This document shows positions 29,126-39,025 of a stretch of 64,000 bases of DNA, piece after piece (within the stretch, counting starts at the first letter, position 1; each line of letters begins with the position of its first letter). The DNA is from Pseudomonadota bacterium (GTDB lineage Bacteria; Myxococcota; JACRCW01; JAFGSX01). Under the pieces are notes generated by a model. It had not been told where the DNA came from and did not search any database. It saw only the letters and a program-made list of their open reading frames with translations. The translations under genes and the position numbers were made by a program. The stretch spans positions 128,001 through 192,000 of the forward strand of contig JBDRCO010000003.1 in the NCBI GenBank assembly GCA_043821645.1, read 5' to 3'.

Positions 29126-30421
29126 TCAGTTCACCGTGGTGAATTTGAGAGGGATCTCGATGTCCATGGGATCGCCAGTGAACTGTGGGAACTGCCAGAT
29201 GCGTGCCTTGTTGACGAGACACTTGCCCAGGGGCGACTGCTTGTGCTCGGTGTCGTCGATGCGCGCAGCGGTGACCTTGCCGTAGCCCACCACCGTGACG
29301 ACGAGATTGAGCTTCGGGGGCAGCTTGAGACCCCGCTTGGTCTCCTGGGTCGCGCAGTACTGGATTCCACCCTGGTTCTCGCCCACGACCTTGCCGATCT
29401 GCTTCTCGGTGAGGCCACCCTCGGTGCGGGTGGGCATGCGAATATCCGGCAGACTCGGGTTGATCTGGATCTGGGTGGGAACCTTGTCATCGCGCTTCAT
29501 CAGGTCCGCCATCATGGCCGCTTGCTCCGCGGAGAGATCCACCGCGGTGCTTCCGGTCTGCTCACGGCGCACCAAGTCGTCCATGGTGACGCCGGAACCG
29601 GAGACCTGATCGCTGAGGTCGATGTCCAAGCCTTTTTGCTTGGCGCGGGTTCGCGCCACCTTGCGGATCCGCTGGGCCTCGACCTGGTTCCCGGTGAGCA
29701 GGGCCTTGCGGATGGCCTCGCGCTCCTCGTCGGTGAGCACGCTCACCCACGGTTGCTTGGCCGGCCTGGACTCCACGCCCACGGCCTGCTTGGCAGCCAC
29801 CACGGCGGTGTGGACGACAGGAATGACGATGATGCCAAGGGCATCGAGGGTCAGCAGACCGGCGACCGCAACAAACACCAGGATGGCCACCATGGCGTAC
29901 AGACGATGCTTGGCCGCACGGTGGGCCATGCCTGCCTGCTCGATGGCCATGCGCGTGCTGTCGGGTGGTGCGTCGAGGTCCGGTGTCGAAACCTCCGCCA
30001 GGGGCGAGACCTGGGGCGGGGCTGCCTGCAGCGCCGAGGCGTCCGCCGCGACCGAATCGAGATCCGCGTTCATCGAGACGACATGACCCTCGCCCCTGAC
30101 CTCCGGGGGGAGATCGGCCAGGGACAGGGAGAGGGTGCCCTTGCGCATGGCCTCGAGAGAGGGATCCGCTGCCGTGTCGGAGAATGGCAGAGCCTTCGCT
30201 GCCGGCCCCGGGGCTGTCGCGGGCGCGGGCGCACTGGGAAAGACCGGTGGCGGAGGAGCCGGACTCGCCTCGGCAGGCGCAGCCTCCTCGCTGCTCAGCA
30301 GGCTCCCGTCGACGGTGTTGATGTGTTCGCAGCGACGGCAGCGGATCTTGAGGATCTTGCCGGCGACCCTGTCGTCAGGCAGGTTGTAGGTGGTCCCGCA
30401 GCTCTCGCACGAAAACTTCAT
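29126..30421 (-). CDS. Zinc-ribbon (MJ0042-type) membrane protein with an AgmX/PglI-like TonB-C domain
   Basis: MKFSCESCGTTY...KIRCRRC; TM helix; C-terminal GIQYC...LGKCL....RIWQFPQF....IEIPLKF. Confidence 0.8.
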   Translation of the reverse strand: MKFSCESCGTTYNLPDDRVAGKILKIRCRRCEHINTVDGSLLSSEEAAPAEASPAPPPPVFPSAPAPATAPGPAAKALPFSDTAADPSLEAMRKGTLSLSLADLPPEVRGEGHVVSMNADLDSVAADASALQAAPPQVSPLAEVSTPDLDAPPDSTRMAIEQAGMAHRAAKHRLYAMVAILVFVAVAGLLTLDALGIIVIPVVHTAVVAAKQAVGVESRPAKQPWVSVLTDEEREAIRKALLTGNQVEAQRIRKVARTRAKQKGLDIDLSDQVSGSGVTMDDLVRREQTGSTAVDLSAEQAAMMADLMKRDDKVPTQIQINPSLPDIRMPTRTEGGLTEKQIGKVVGENQGGIQYCATQETKRGLKLPPKLNLVVTVVGYGKVTAARIDDTEHKQSPLGKCLVNKARIWQFPQFTGDPMDIEIPLKFTTVN

Positions 30422-30755
30422 GAACTGGCTCACTCACAGAGGGGGCTCGGCAGCCCCGGGTTTCTCGAGGGGGGCCAGAGGCGCCCCCTGTGCGCTGGCG
30501 TTTCGGTGAGCGTCACCCCGGAAGTGCATTCTGGGGGCCTCGCTCACCGGGGCTCACCCTGGCAGCGTGGCCGCATCACCACGTCGCTGCACGGCAGGTG
30601 CACCCCCTGTCTCTGCTCTCCTTGTAGCGTGGAGTGCTCGCGAAGTCACCTGTCACCCGGCCGGGGTGCGCTGCAGGATGGCAAGCGGTGGGGGGTTCGC
30701 TATACTGCGGCCGCCCGTGGACCAGGAGTTCTGTCCACGGGTGGAGGCACGCCAC

Positions 30756-31169
30756 ATGACCCAGCGGACGCTCCGGATCGTCGTCGCCAAGGTTGGCCTC
30801 GACGGTCACGACCGAGGCGCCAAAGTCGTGGCCCGCGCGCTGCGAGACGCGGGCTTCGAGGTCATCTACACCGGGCTCCACCAGACCCCCGAGATGGTGG
30901 TCGAGACCGCGATCCAGGAGGATGCCGATGCCATAGGCATCTCGTTAATGAGCGGCGCTCACATGACGCTCATGCCGCGCGTGGTGGCTCTGCTCCGCGA
31001 GCGCGACGCTTCTGATATCGTGGTGTTTGGCGGGGGGATCATCCCGGACGACGACGTGAGTGCGCTCAAGAGCGCGGGCATCGCCGCTCTGTTTACGCCA
31101 GGTACGTCGGTGAGCACCATCGTGGACTGGATTCACTCGAGTGTGGTGGCGCGCGTGCCCGTGCGCTGA
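30756..31169 (+). CDS. Cobalamin (B12)-binding domain protein (acyl-CoA mutase small subunit)
   Basis: AKVGLDGHDRGAK (DxHxxG), SLMSGAH, GGGIIP, FTPG. Confidence 0.92.
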   Translation: MTQRTLRIVVAKVGLDGHDRGAKVVARALRDAGFEVIYTGLHQTPEMVVETAIQEDADAIGISLMSGAHMTLMPRVVALLRERDASDIVVFGGGIIPDDDVSALKSAGIAALFTPGTSVSTIVDWIHSSVVARVPVR

Positions 31170-31206
31170 CCACGGAACGAGATGGTCCCGACCGTGGCGA
31201 GGGGAC

Positions 31207-32454
31207 ATGGCATTCATCGGTGAGCTATTCGTCGGGGCGGGGCTGATCACCCAAGAGCAGTTGCAGGAGGCCCTGCGGGCGAAGGCCGTGTACGGTGGGC
31301 GTCTCGGAACGAACCTGGTCGAACTGGGGTTCGTCAACGACGCGACCCTGCACAGTTTTCTATCGAAGCAGCTCGGTGTTCCCGCCATGGAACTGCACAC
31401 CCAGCCCGAGCCAGAGGCCCTGAGCCGCCTCTCGCCCGGGCTGTGCGATCGCCTGAACGTCCTCCCGCTGCGGATGGTCGAAGGGATGCTCGAAGTGGCA
31501 TCCATCGACCCGCTGGATCCCGCTCTGCTCAACGCCGTTCAGGAAGAGGCGGGCTGCCCCGTGCGCATGGTGGTGGCGGCCGAGGGACGACTGTTCGCGC
31601 TGATGCGCGCATTCCTGGGAATTGCACGTCCCCTTCGCTATGCCGTGGTCGAGGTGGAGGCCCTGCGCGCCGGGCACCACGCGCTGCAGGCTGCCTCACT
31701 GCGAAGCATCCTGCGCGATGAGGCCTTCGATACCGGTGATGACGAGGCCGAGGAGTTGCTGCTTCTCGATGTCGTCGAGGACGCACCGCTGGACGAGAGC
31801 CTGGTGCCACCCCCCGTCGAGGGTCTCGATGCGCCAGGCTTCACGCCGGACGATTTCGACTTCGAGATCCGGACCCAGGAGATCACTTTTCAGGAGGCAC
31901 CAGCTCCGATGGTGACACCGGAGGTGAGAGCCGCCCACGCGGCGCTGGGTGAGTCCCTTCGACCGCTGGCCTTCGAGGAAGCTCTGGGTTTGCTGGAAAA
32001 CTGCTCCGATCGTGACGCCCTGGCGCAGGTGGTGCTCCGGGCCGTGCTCTGGCACTACCGTCGAGCCCTGCTGTTCACGGTGCAGCGTGGGTTGATCCTG
32101 GGCTGGGATGGGCTGGGCAACCGCGTCGATCGCGACCTGGCCCAGAAACTGATGATCCCGGTCAACGCGCCGTCGGTCTTCGGCCAGACCTGCCAGGCCC
32201 AGCGCCCCTTCGTCGGGCCACTCGACGACCGGCCGATCACCGGACTGTTCATCAAGATCCTGGGCGGGCCGCGACCCACGGGCTGCCACTTGATTCCTTT
32301 CGTCGTGGGTTCCCGCGTGGTGGCGATCCTGTATGCGGATGGCGCGCTGGGAGAGCTCACCCCGGTTCACGCCAGCGAACTGACCATGCTCGCGACCCAG
32401 GTGCGGCGGGCCTTCGGGCGCTTCATGGCGCGCAGTGATGTCTCGCAGACATGA
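31207..32454 (+). CDS. MshEN/GspE-N-terminal domain protein with a C-terminal GAF-like domain, no ATPase
   Basis: IGELFVGAGLITQEQLQEAL...GGRLGTNLVELGFV...FLSKQ tandem motif; C-terminal LIPFVVGSRVVAILYAD. Confidence 0.75.
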   Translation: MAFIGELFVGAGLITQEQLQEALRAKAVYGGRLGTNLVELGFVNDATLHSFLSKQLGVPAMELHTQPEPEALSRLSPGLCDRLNVLPLRMVEGMLEVASIDPLDPALLNAVQEEAGCPVRMVVAAEGRLFALMRAFLGIARPLRYAVVEVEALRAGHHALQAASLRSILRDEAFDTGDDEAEELLLLDVVEDAPLDESLVPPPVEGLDAPGFTPDDFDFEIRTQEITFQEAPAPMVTPEVRAAHAALGESLRPLAFEEALGLLENCSDRDALAQVVLRAVLWHYRRALLFTVQRGLILGWDGLGNRVDRDLAQKLMIPVNAPSVFGQTCQAQRPFVGPLDDRPITGLFIKILGGPRPTGCHLIPFVVGSRVVAILYADGALGELTPVHASELTMLATQVRRAFGRFMARSDVSQT

Positions 32455-33293
32455 GCATGCGGGCGTGGGTACTTGGGGTCCTGCTGGTGGGTGTGGTTGC
32501 CTCCTGCCGGGATCACGCACCGACCGTGCAGATCGGCAAGATCCTCGTCGATGCCTCGCTCGGCGACGATGGTGTTGTTGTCGATCGTGAAGCGGTGCGC
32601 GCGGCCCTTCATGATCAGCTCGAGACCGCGCCCAAGAAGAGCATCCTGCACTGGGCTGACGACGGTCCCGGGCTGGTTCGGGCGCACGTGATGGCAGGTC
32701 GGGTTCCGCCCGACGCACATGGCCGGCCGGTGCTGGTGATGCGCCTGCAACTCGATGCCCCCGCAGCGAGCGGTGGGCGGCTGGCGTTCGAGGTGACGTC
32801 GGAGCAGCGCGCGGAGTCTGCCGACGAACTACCTCAGGTCCTGCTCGACGCCGCGGCACGCCAGGCGGTGCGGAAGCTAGGGCGAACGCTGGCCCTGGGC
32901 TCGGCCCCGGTGCCGGAACTGCTCGAGGTCGCTGCGGGCGAGGACCGCGACCTTCGACTACGAGCGATCAGCGTGCTTGGCGAACGCCGGGATGTCGCGG
33001 CCCTGGAACCGCTGATCCAGCTCTTGCAGGACAAGGACGAGGCCATCGTGCTGCGCGCCGTCGGTGCGTTGGTGGTCCTGGGGGACCCCAGGGGAGTATC
33101 GGCCCTGACCGATCTCACGCATCGCCGGAACCCCAGCTTTGTTCGCCAGATCGTCTATGCTGTCGCTGCCATCGGTGGCCGGGAAGCAGAGGCCTACCTG
33201 TTCATCGTCGCCACGGGGCACCCGGATCCCGCGGTGCAAGAGGCTGCTCGACGGGCCCAGAGCGAGCTCGCCGCGCGACCAGGTGAGCGCTGA
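32451..33293 (+). CDS. HEAT-repeat lipoprotein
   Basis: Lipobox VASC; HEAT repeats (RLRAISVLGE, LRAVGALVVLGD, AVAAIGG). Confidence 0.8.
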   Translation: MSMRAWVLGVLLVGVVASCRDHAPTVQIGKILVDASLGDDGVVVDREAVRAALHDQLETAPKKSILHWADDGPGLVRAHVMAGRVPPDAHGRPVLVMRLQLDAPAASGGRLAFEVTSEQRAESADELPQVLLDAAARQAVRKLGRTLALGSAPVPELLEVAAGEDRDLRLRAISVLGERRDVAALEPLIQLLQDKDEAIVLRAVGALVVLGDPRGVSALTDLTHRRNPSFVRQIVYAVAAIGGREAEAYLFIVATGHPDPAVQEAARRAQSELAARPGER

Positions 33294-33317
33294 CCGCGCC
33301 CACCACGAGGAGGTGTG

Positions 33318-33905
33318 ATGTCACACAAGGGCCACAAGGTGATCGGTTCGACGCTGGCAATCCTGCTCCTCGCAGTCGGCTGTGCCACGACGCCCAAGAA
33401 TGAGGCTCCGCAGCGTCGGGCGACGGATTACTGGCCGCTGGCCATCGGCAACAGCTGGACCTACCGGATCCAGCACGGCGGGGCCGTCCAGGAAGACTCC
33501 GTCACGATCCTGCAGCGCGATGCGGATGGGTTCTTCGTCGACTCCCAGGGCGCACGGCTCAAGCCACATGCCGCCGGGGTGTTCGACGGCGATCGCTTTT
33601 TGCTTCGAGATCCGCTGGCCGTGGGAACCAAGTGGATGGCGGTGCCGAGCGCCAACGCTCTGGAGCGTTTCGAGATCACCGACGTGGATTTCACGGTCAC
33701 CGTGCCGGCGGGTGTGTTTGAACACTGCGTGCGCGTGCAGGCGATGAACAAGCTGTCCGAGGTCGAGAACTTCGTGGGTGAATGGACCTACGCTCCGGGC
33801 GTCGGGATGATCCAGTTCGTGTCGCGCCGCGAGGTCAAGGGCAAGCCACCTGCGCCGCAAACCGAAATGCTGCTGTTGCGCTTCAAGCTCGAGCCTGCCA
33901 CGTGA
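33318..33905 (+). CDS. Hypothetical lipoprotein
   Basis: Lipobox AVGC; YWPLAIGNSWTY, VTVPAGVFEHC, YAPGVG motifs; GAGGAGG SD. Confidence 0.8.
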   Translation: MSHKGHKVIGSTLAILLLAVGCATTPKNEAPQRRATDYWPLAIGNSWTYRIQHGGAVQEDSVTILQRDADGFFVDSQGARLKPHAAGVFDGDRFLLRDPLAVGTKWMAVPSANALERFEITDVDFTVTVPAGVFEHCVRVQAMNKLSEVENFVGEWTYAPGVGMIQFVSRREVKGKPPAPQTEMLLLRFKLEPAT

Positions 33906-35365
33906 GCAGCGGTGCCTTCCTGGGTGCTGCTGTCGACGCCTGGTGGCGCGACCGTCACGGCAGCCCCGAGCGTGTTTTGCAGACCCAGCGCCGGCGCCTG
34001 GCGCGGCTGATCGCGCATGCGCAGCAACAGGTTCCGCTGTATCGCAACCTGTACGCGGGCATCGATCCCCGGCGTTTCGACCTGCAGACCCTGCCTGTGG
34101 TGGACAAGGCCATGGTGCAGGATCGCTTCGCCGACACCCTGGCGGGCGATGCCGTGGGCCTCGACGAGGTGCATAGCTTCGGCGCACACGCGGCGAGCGG
34201 GGCCTTGCTGCACGATCGCTGGATGCTTTTCCATACCAGTGGCACCACGGGCCGTATCGGCTACTTCCTGGTCGACCAGCGGTCCTGGGCGCGGCAGGTT
34301 GGCGTGCTGTTCGCGCGGGTGATGCGCGACCGCCTGACCCTGGGCAACATCCTGCGCTTCGGTCCCTGGCGGCGCTTTCGTGTGGCCCACCTGGTCGCCA
34401 CCGGCGGGCCCTACGTCAGCTTCCTGTTCAGCACCTTTCGCACGGCCCTCACCGGTCTGGTGGCGCGGCAGGTCGCGCTGTCGATCTCGGCACCCCGGGA
34501 TGAGACCCTGCGCGTGCTCGAGGCCTACCAGCCACACTACCTGCACGGCTACGCCAGTTCCGTCGACGCGCTGGCACGCGAGCAGCTTGCCGGAGGCCTG
34601 CACATCGCTCCGGACGTGATCTCCCTGGGGTCCGAATCGGTCACGCCGTGGATGCGCAGCACCCTGGAGCGCGCTTTTCCGGCGACGGAGATCCGCGAGA
34701 CCTATGGCGCCACCGAGTGCCCGGTGATGGCGAACCAGTGTCGGGAAGGCTCCCTGCACATCAACAGCGATGCCTGCCTGCTCGAGGCGGTGGACGCTGA
34801 AGGGCGGGCCGTGCCCCCGGGGCAGGTGTCGACCCGGGTGCTGCTGACCAACCTGCTCAACTACGGCCAGCCCCTGATTCGCTACGAGCTGTCCGACCAG
34901 ATCATCGTCGCGCCCGAGCCCTGTCGCTGCGGCAGTCCCTTCCCGGCGGTGCGGGTGATCGGTCGCACAGACGATACGCTGACCCTGCGGCGGGAGGACG
35001 GTGGCGTCGAGATCTGTCCTCCCATCCCCTTCGAGCTGCTGTTTCTCGATCTGCGTGGCCTGGCCCAGTACCAGTTGTTGCACGAGGTGCAGAACCAGCT
35101 CCAGGTGCGAGCCGTGCTGGAGCAGGGAGTCGATGTGGCCGCGGTCACGCAGGTGCTCCTGCAACGGTTCGAGGCCTGGAAGCACGACCGCGGCCTTGCG
35201 GCGTCGGTCGTCGTGGACCTGGAGATCGTCGACGCCATCCCGAGGGATCCCCGCAGCCACAAGGTCCGGCAGATCATCAGCCGGGTCCCGTCGCTGGACC
35301 CGCCCCCCACCGGGGCCAGGGCGATCGCGATGGGCCACCAGGAGAGGGCAGGAGGCAGGTCATGA
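33902..35365 (+). CDS. Phenylacetate-CoA ligase-like (PaaK/CapK) adenylate-forming enzyme
   Basis: HTSGTTG, YLHGY, ETYGATE, PLIRYELSD, CRCGSPF, GRTDD; GTGA overlap upstream. Confidence 0.85.
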   Translation: MSSGAFLGAAVDAWWRDRHGSPERVLQTQRRRLARLIAHAQQQVPLYRNLYAGIDPRRFDLQTLPVVDKAMVQDRFADTLAGDAVGLDEVHSFGAHAASGALLHDRWMLFHTSGTTGRIGYFLVDQRSWARQVGVLFARVMRDRLTLGNILRFGPWRRFRVAHLVATGGPYVSFLFSTFRTALTGLVARQVALSISAPRDETLRVLEAYQPHYLHGYASSVDALAREQLAGGLHIAPDVISLGSESVTPWMRSTLERAFPATEIRETYGATECPVMANQCREGSLHINSDACLLEAVDAEGRAVPPGQVSTRVLLTNLLNYGQPLIRYELSDQIIVAPEPCRCGSPFPAVRVIGRTDDTLTLRREDGGVEICPPIPFELLFLDLRGLAQYQLLHEVQNQLQVRAVLEQGVDVAAVTQVLLQRFEAWKHDRGLAASVVVDLEIVDAIPRDPRSHKVRQIISRVPSLDPPPTGARAIAMGHQERAGGRS

Positions 35366-35994
35366 GCGCGCGCGCACGGCCTCGAGGGCGGTTCATCGTG
35401 CTCGAGGGGATCGATGGGGCTGGCACCACGACCCAGGCCCGGCGGTTGGTCCGAGCTCTGCGTCGTCGTGGCCACGAGGCCATTGTGACCCGCGAGCCCT
35501 CGAATGGCGTCGTGGGACGCCACATTCGACGATGTCTGCGCCAGACTCCGGGGCCCTCGGCGGAACGTCTGGCTTCTCTGTTCGCCGCCGACAGGCTGGA
35601 TCACGTCGAGACCGAGATCCTGCCAGCCCTGGCCCGCGGCGCCATGGTGGTCAGTGATCGCTACGTGCTGTCGTCGCTGGCCTACCAGGGAGTCGAGGGC
35701 GACGCCGCCTGGATCGAGACCCTCAACAACAAGGCCCCGCCGCCCGACCTGACGCTTCTTCTCGACGTGAGCAGTACGGAGGCGGCGCGTCGACGGCAGC
35801 GCCGCGGTGGCATCAAGGACAGGTACGAGGTCACACCTTTTCAGCGGCGGGTGGCTGCACGATACCGGGAGCTGGCGCAGGTGCGGCAGGTGGACAACGT
35901 CGTGGTGCTGGACGGCTCTGCTCCCGTGGCCGCGATCGCACGAGCCATCCTGGCCGAGGTCGAGGCTATGCTGCCTGCCCGGCGTCGGCTGTGA
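35362..35994 (+). CDS. tmk: Thymidylate kinase
   Basis: FIVLEGIDGAGTTTQ, TREP, LFAADR, SDRY..SSLAYQG, PDLT. Confidence 0.92.
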   Translation: MSARARPRGRFIVLEGIDGAGTTTQARRLVRALRRRGHEAIVTREPSNGVVGRHIRRCLRQTPGPSAERLASLFAADRLDHVETEILPALARGAMVVSDRYVLSSLAYQGVEGDAAWIETLNNKAPPPDLTLLLDVSSTEAARRRQRRGGIKDRYEVTPFQRRVAARYRELAQVRQVDNVVVLDGSAPVAAIARAILAEVEAMLPARRRL

Positions 35995-36053
35995 GCTGCA
36001 TCACGGTCAGGGTGATTTGCCCCGCAATCCCATGAAGATATCGGGTTCGGGCA

Positions 36054-36082
36054 TTGACAGAGGGGCGCTCTTCTCATAACCC
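36054..36082 (+). promoter_or_regulatory. Putative sigma70-type promoter
   Basis: Perfect TTGACA, then N17-TAACCC, about 55 nt upstream of the lipoprotein start. Confidence 0.4.
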
Positions 36083-36137
36083 TTTGCGCGTCATCGCGGG
36101 CACTAGTAAGAAGTTGCGCCGCATCAGGAGGATGACA

Positions 36138-36902
36138 ATGCGACATCGAATTCTGCTGGTCGTGCTGGCTGCGGTGCTGGCCCTTCCGATGGTGGGCTGC
36201 ATGCTGTTCCCGACGGGCTCGGCGAATACCGAAGGCCAGGTTGGTGGCCGAGAGGTCTCGCTGGGAGCCACCGTGTTCTCGTGGTGGGACACCACGGTCT
36301 ACGATGTGGACGACGACGGCAACCTCTTCAAGCAGACCCGTGACGGCGAGGACCAGGTCCTGCACCTCCGCATGTACGGCTATGGTTTCAATCCCCGCGA
36401 GGACCAGCGCTTCTGGTCCTGGCAGCAGATCATCGAGCACAGCTACCAGATCTCCCTGCATGACCGACTGGCCTTCCAGGTCGGCGAGGCGGGGTCCCTG
36501 AGCAACTCGGCGCGTCTCGAGTACAACAACGAGGATCCGCCGCCTAGCGGCGAGGGGCCCTACCTGCGCGCCCAGCCGAGCTTCACCACCGCCCCCATCA
36601 AGGTCAACGAGGGCAACGACTATCCGTCGACCGTCAAGTACCTGGGCTCGCGCCGCGTGTTCGTGCTCGAGCTGAAGAAGGTCGAGCGCGAGGCCGGACG
36701 CGCCGTCGAGGGCAGCTTCGAGGTCAAGATCGAAAAGTCGGACGCCGACAACAGCGGCACCGTAGTCACCGGTTCGGTGCGGGGTGACTTCTCGGCTCCC
36801 GTGATCAACGAGCGCATCGCCGAGTGCAACTTCGATACTGGCGGCGCTGGCATGGGCGTGGACCCCTGCGATGACCTCGAGCTCGACGGCGAGAATCCGT
36901 GA
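36138..36902 (+). CDS. Hypothetical lipoprotein
   Basis: AGGAGG SD; lipobox MVGC; strongly biased codon usage. Confidence 0.8.
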   Translation: MRHRILLVVLAAVLALPMVGCMLFPTGSANTEGQVGGREVSLGATVFSWWDTTVYDVDDDGNLFKQTRDGEDQVLHLRMYGYGFNPREDQRFWSWQQIIEHSYQISLHDRLAFQVGEAGSLSNSARLEYNNEDPPPSGEGPYLRAQPSFTTAPIKVNEGNDYPSTVKYLGSRRVFVLELKKVEREAGRAVEGSFEVKIEKSDADNSGTVVTGSVRGDFSAPVINERIAECNFDTGGAGMGVDPCDDLELDGENP

Positions 36903-36938
36903 TCGGTTCGCCGCTCCCCCGCTCCCGACCCACCTGAT

Positions 36939-38294
36939 ATGACGCATCCTCCGTCGTCCGGCGCCGCCCCTGCGCCGACGCTGTACATTCGCACCTTCGG
37001 TTGCCAGATGAACGCGCACGACAGCGGGCGCATGGTGGCCCTCATGCAGGGGGCTGGCTACACCCTGACCGAGGACCCCGAGGGCGCGGACGTCGTCATC
37101 GTCAACACCTGCGAGGTGCGAGACAAGGCGGACCAGAAGATGCTGTCCGCGGTGGGCCGCCTGCGCGAGACCAAGGATGCTCACCCCGGGCAGGTGGTGG
37201 TGGTGGCCGGGTGCGGGGCGCAGCTACGCGGTGCCCGGCTGCTCGAACGCAACGCGCATGTCGACGTGGTGCTGGGCCCGGACCAGATTGCGGAACTGCC
37301 GGCACTTGTGGCAGCAGTTCGGCACGAACGTGTGCCACGAGTTGCCACGGACTGGTGGCAGGGTGCCGGCGCGGATCCGGCGGCGCGTCTCGAGGGAGAG
37401 TTCCCGCACGGTGAGGTCACTGCGTTTGTCACCGCCATGACCGGCTGTGACAACTGCTGCTCCTATTGCATCGTTCCCACCACCCGCGGCCACGAGCGAT
37501 CTCGGCCGGTGGCAGATATCCTCGAGGAGGTGCGCGGCCTGGCCCAGGTGGGCGTCCGCGAGGTGACTCTGCTGGGGCAGAGCGTCAATGCTTACGGCAG
37601 AACGCTGGACGGGGCACCACCCTTTGCCGAACTCCTGCACCAGGTCGCGGCAGTCGAGGGAGTGGCGCGCATTCGCTTCATGACCAGCCATCCGCGCTTC
37701 GTCGATGACGCGCTGGTACGCGCTTTTTCCAGCCTTGAGGCGGTTTGTAGCCACCTGCACCTGCCCGTACAGTCGGGGTCGGACCGCATCCTGCTGGCCA
37801 TGCGCCGCCGCTACGATCGCCAGCTCGTGCTGGAACGGATCCAGGCACTGCGCGCTGCCCGACCCGAGCTAGCGCTGACCACCGACGTCATCGTGGGTTT
37901 TCCAGGTGAGACAGAAGCGGACTTCACGCAGACCCTGGATCTGGTGCGGCAGGTCGCTTTCGACAACATGTTTATGTTTGCGTACAGCGAGCGCCCGGGC
38001 ACTCCGGCGGCGGTGCACCCGGATCCCCTCCCAGCGCCGGTCCGCGCCGAGCGTCTGGCTCGCCTGGCCGAGGTCCAGGCCCCGTTCACGCGCCGCGGTC
38101 TCGATCGCCACGTCGGACGCAGCGTGCAGGTCCTGGTCGAAGGACGCTCCGCCCGGGACCCCGAGGTCTGCACAGGACGATGCAGCCAGAACATCGTGGT
38201 AAACTTCAGGGGGACGGCGGCACCGGGCCTGCTGGTTTCTGTGCGCGTCGAGGAGGCGAAGGCCAACACCCTGTACGGGACGCAGCAGCCGTAG
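36939..38294 (+). CDS. miaB: tRNA-2-methylthio-N6-dimethylallyladenosine synthase MiaB
   Basis: TFGCQMN, NTC, GC, radical SAM CDNCCSYC, TSHP, HLPVQSGSD, TRAM domain. Confidence 0.95.
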   Translation: MTHPPSSGAAPAPTLYIRTFGCQMNAHDSGRMVALMQGAGYTLTEDPEGADVVIVNTCEVRDKADQKMLSAVGRLRETKDAHPGQVVVVAGCGAQLRGARLLERNAHVDVVLGPDQIAELPALVAAVRHERVPRVATDWWQGAGADPAARLEGEFPHGEVTAFVTAMTGCDNCCSYCIVPTTRGHERSRPVADILEEVRGLAQVGVREVTLLGQSVNAYGRTLDGAPPFAELLHQVAAVEGVARIRFMTSHPRFVDDALVRAFSSLEAVCSHLHLPVQSGSDRILLAMRRRYDRQLVLERIQALRAARPELALTTDVIVGFPGETEADFTQTLDLVRQVAFDNMFMFAYSERPGTPAAVHPDPLPAPVRAERLARLAEVQAPFTRRGLDRHVGRSVQVLVEGRSARDPEVCTGRCSQNIVVNFRGTAAPGLLVSVRVEEAKANTLYGTQQP

Positions 38295-38442
38295 CGGGGC
38301 AGGGCAGGCCAGCGCGAGCGCAGACGCACGCGACGGGCACACGCCGACGGACCGGTTCTCGGTGGAATCTGCCACCGGACCGGTAGCAGCTCTGGTCAGG
38401 ATACCGTGGTCAGGGCGTGCCGACGCCCCAAGGACGGACCCG

Positions 38443-38973
38443 ATGTTGATCCCCGTGTCGGTGGCCGGTCTCGCTCTGGATCCACGGACAGAGAGCCCGA
38501 TCTTGCTGCTCCGGGATGACGCCAACCAGCGCGTGCTCCCGATCTGGATCGGCATTGCCGAGGCCACCGCCATCGCGGCCAAGGTCGAGAACATCGAACT
38601 TCCGAGACCCATGACCCACGACCTGACCCAGTCGCTCGTCGACAAGCTCGGGGGTCGCATCGGTCGGGTGGCCATCACCTCGCTGCGCGACTCCACCTTC
38701 TATGCCAGCGTGTTCGTGCTGCTTGGCGAGGTCGAGAGCGCCATCGACGCCAGGCCCTCGGACGCCGTGGCCCTGGCACTGCGAGCAAACGCACCCATCT
38801 TCGTGGACGATCAGGTCTTCGTGGACGGCTCGTCGGTCGTCGTCAGCAACGCCGCTCTGGTGACCGAGGAGGAGCCGGTCGTCAGCCGTGACGAGGCAGT
38901 GCAGCAGACGGCAGCGGAACGCTGGAGCACGCTGCTCGAGCACATGGAAGACGAGGATCCACAGCACGACTGA
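38443..38973 (+). CDS. Bifunctional nuclease family protein (DUF151)
   Basis: LPIWIG..EA.AI, PRPMTHDL, DARPSDAVALALR. Confidence 0.92.
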   Translation: MLIPVSVAGLALDPRTESPILLLRDDANQRVLPIWIGIAEATAIAAKVENIELPRPMTHDLTQSLVDKLGGRIGRVAITSLRDSTFYASVFVLLGEVESAIDARPSDAVALALRANAPIFVDDQVFVDGSSVVVSNAALVTEEEPVVSRDEAVQQTAAERWSTLLEHMEDEDPQHD

Positions 38974-39025
38974 AGCGCGATCGAGAGCGTTCCGGCGATG
39001 TCCTGCCGGGGCGAGGGACGGCCAC

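Noticed and set aside
30434..30755. Possible cobalamin riboswitch upstream of the B12-binding gene
   Set aside because: No B12-box or conserved GGGAA/ACTG core visible; a TATACT -10 at 30701 would leave only a short leader.
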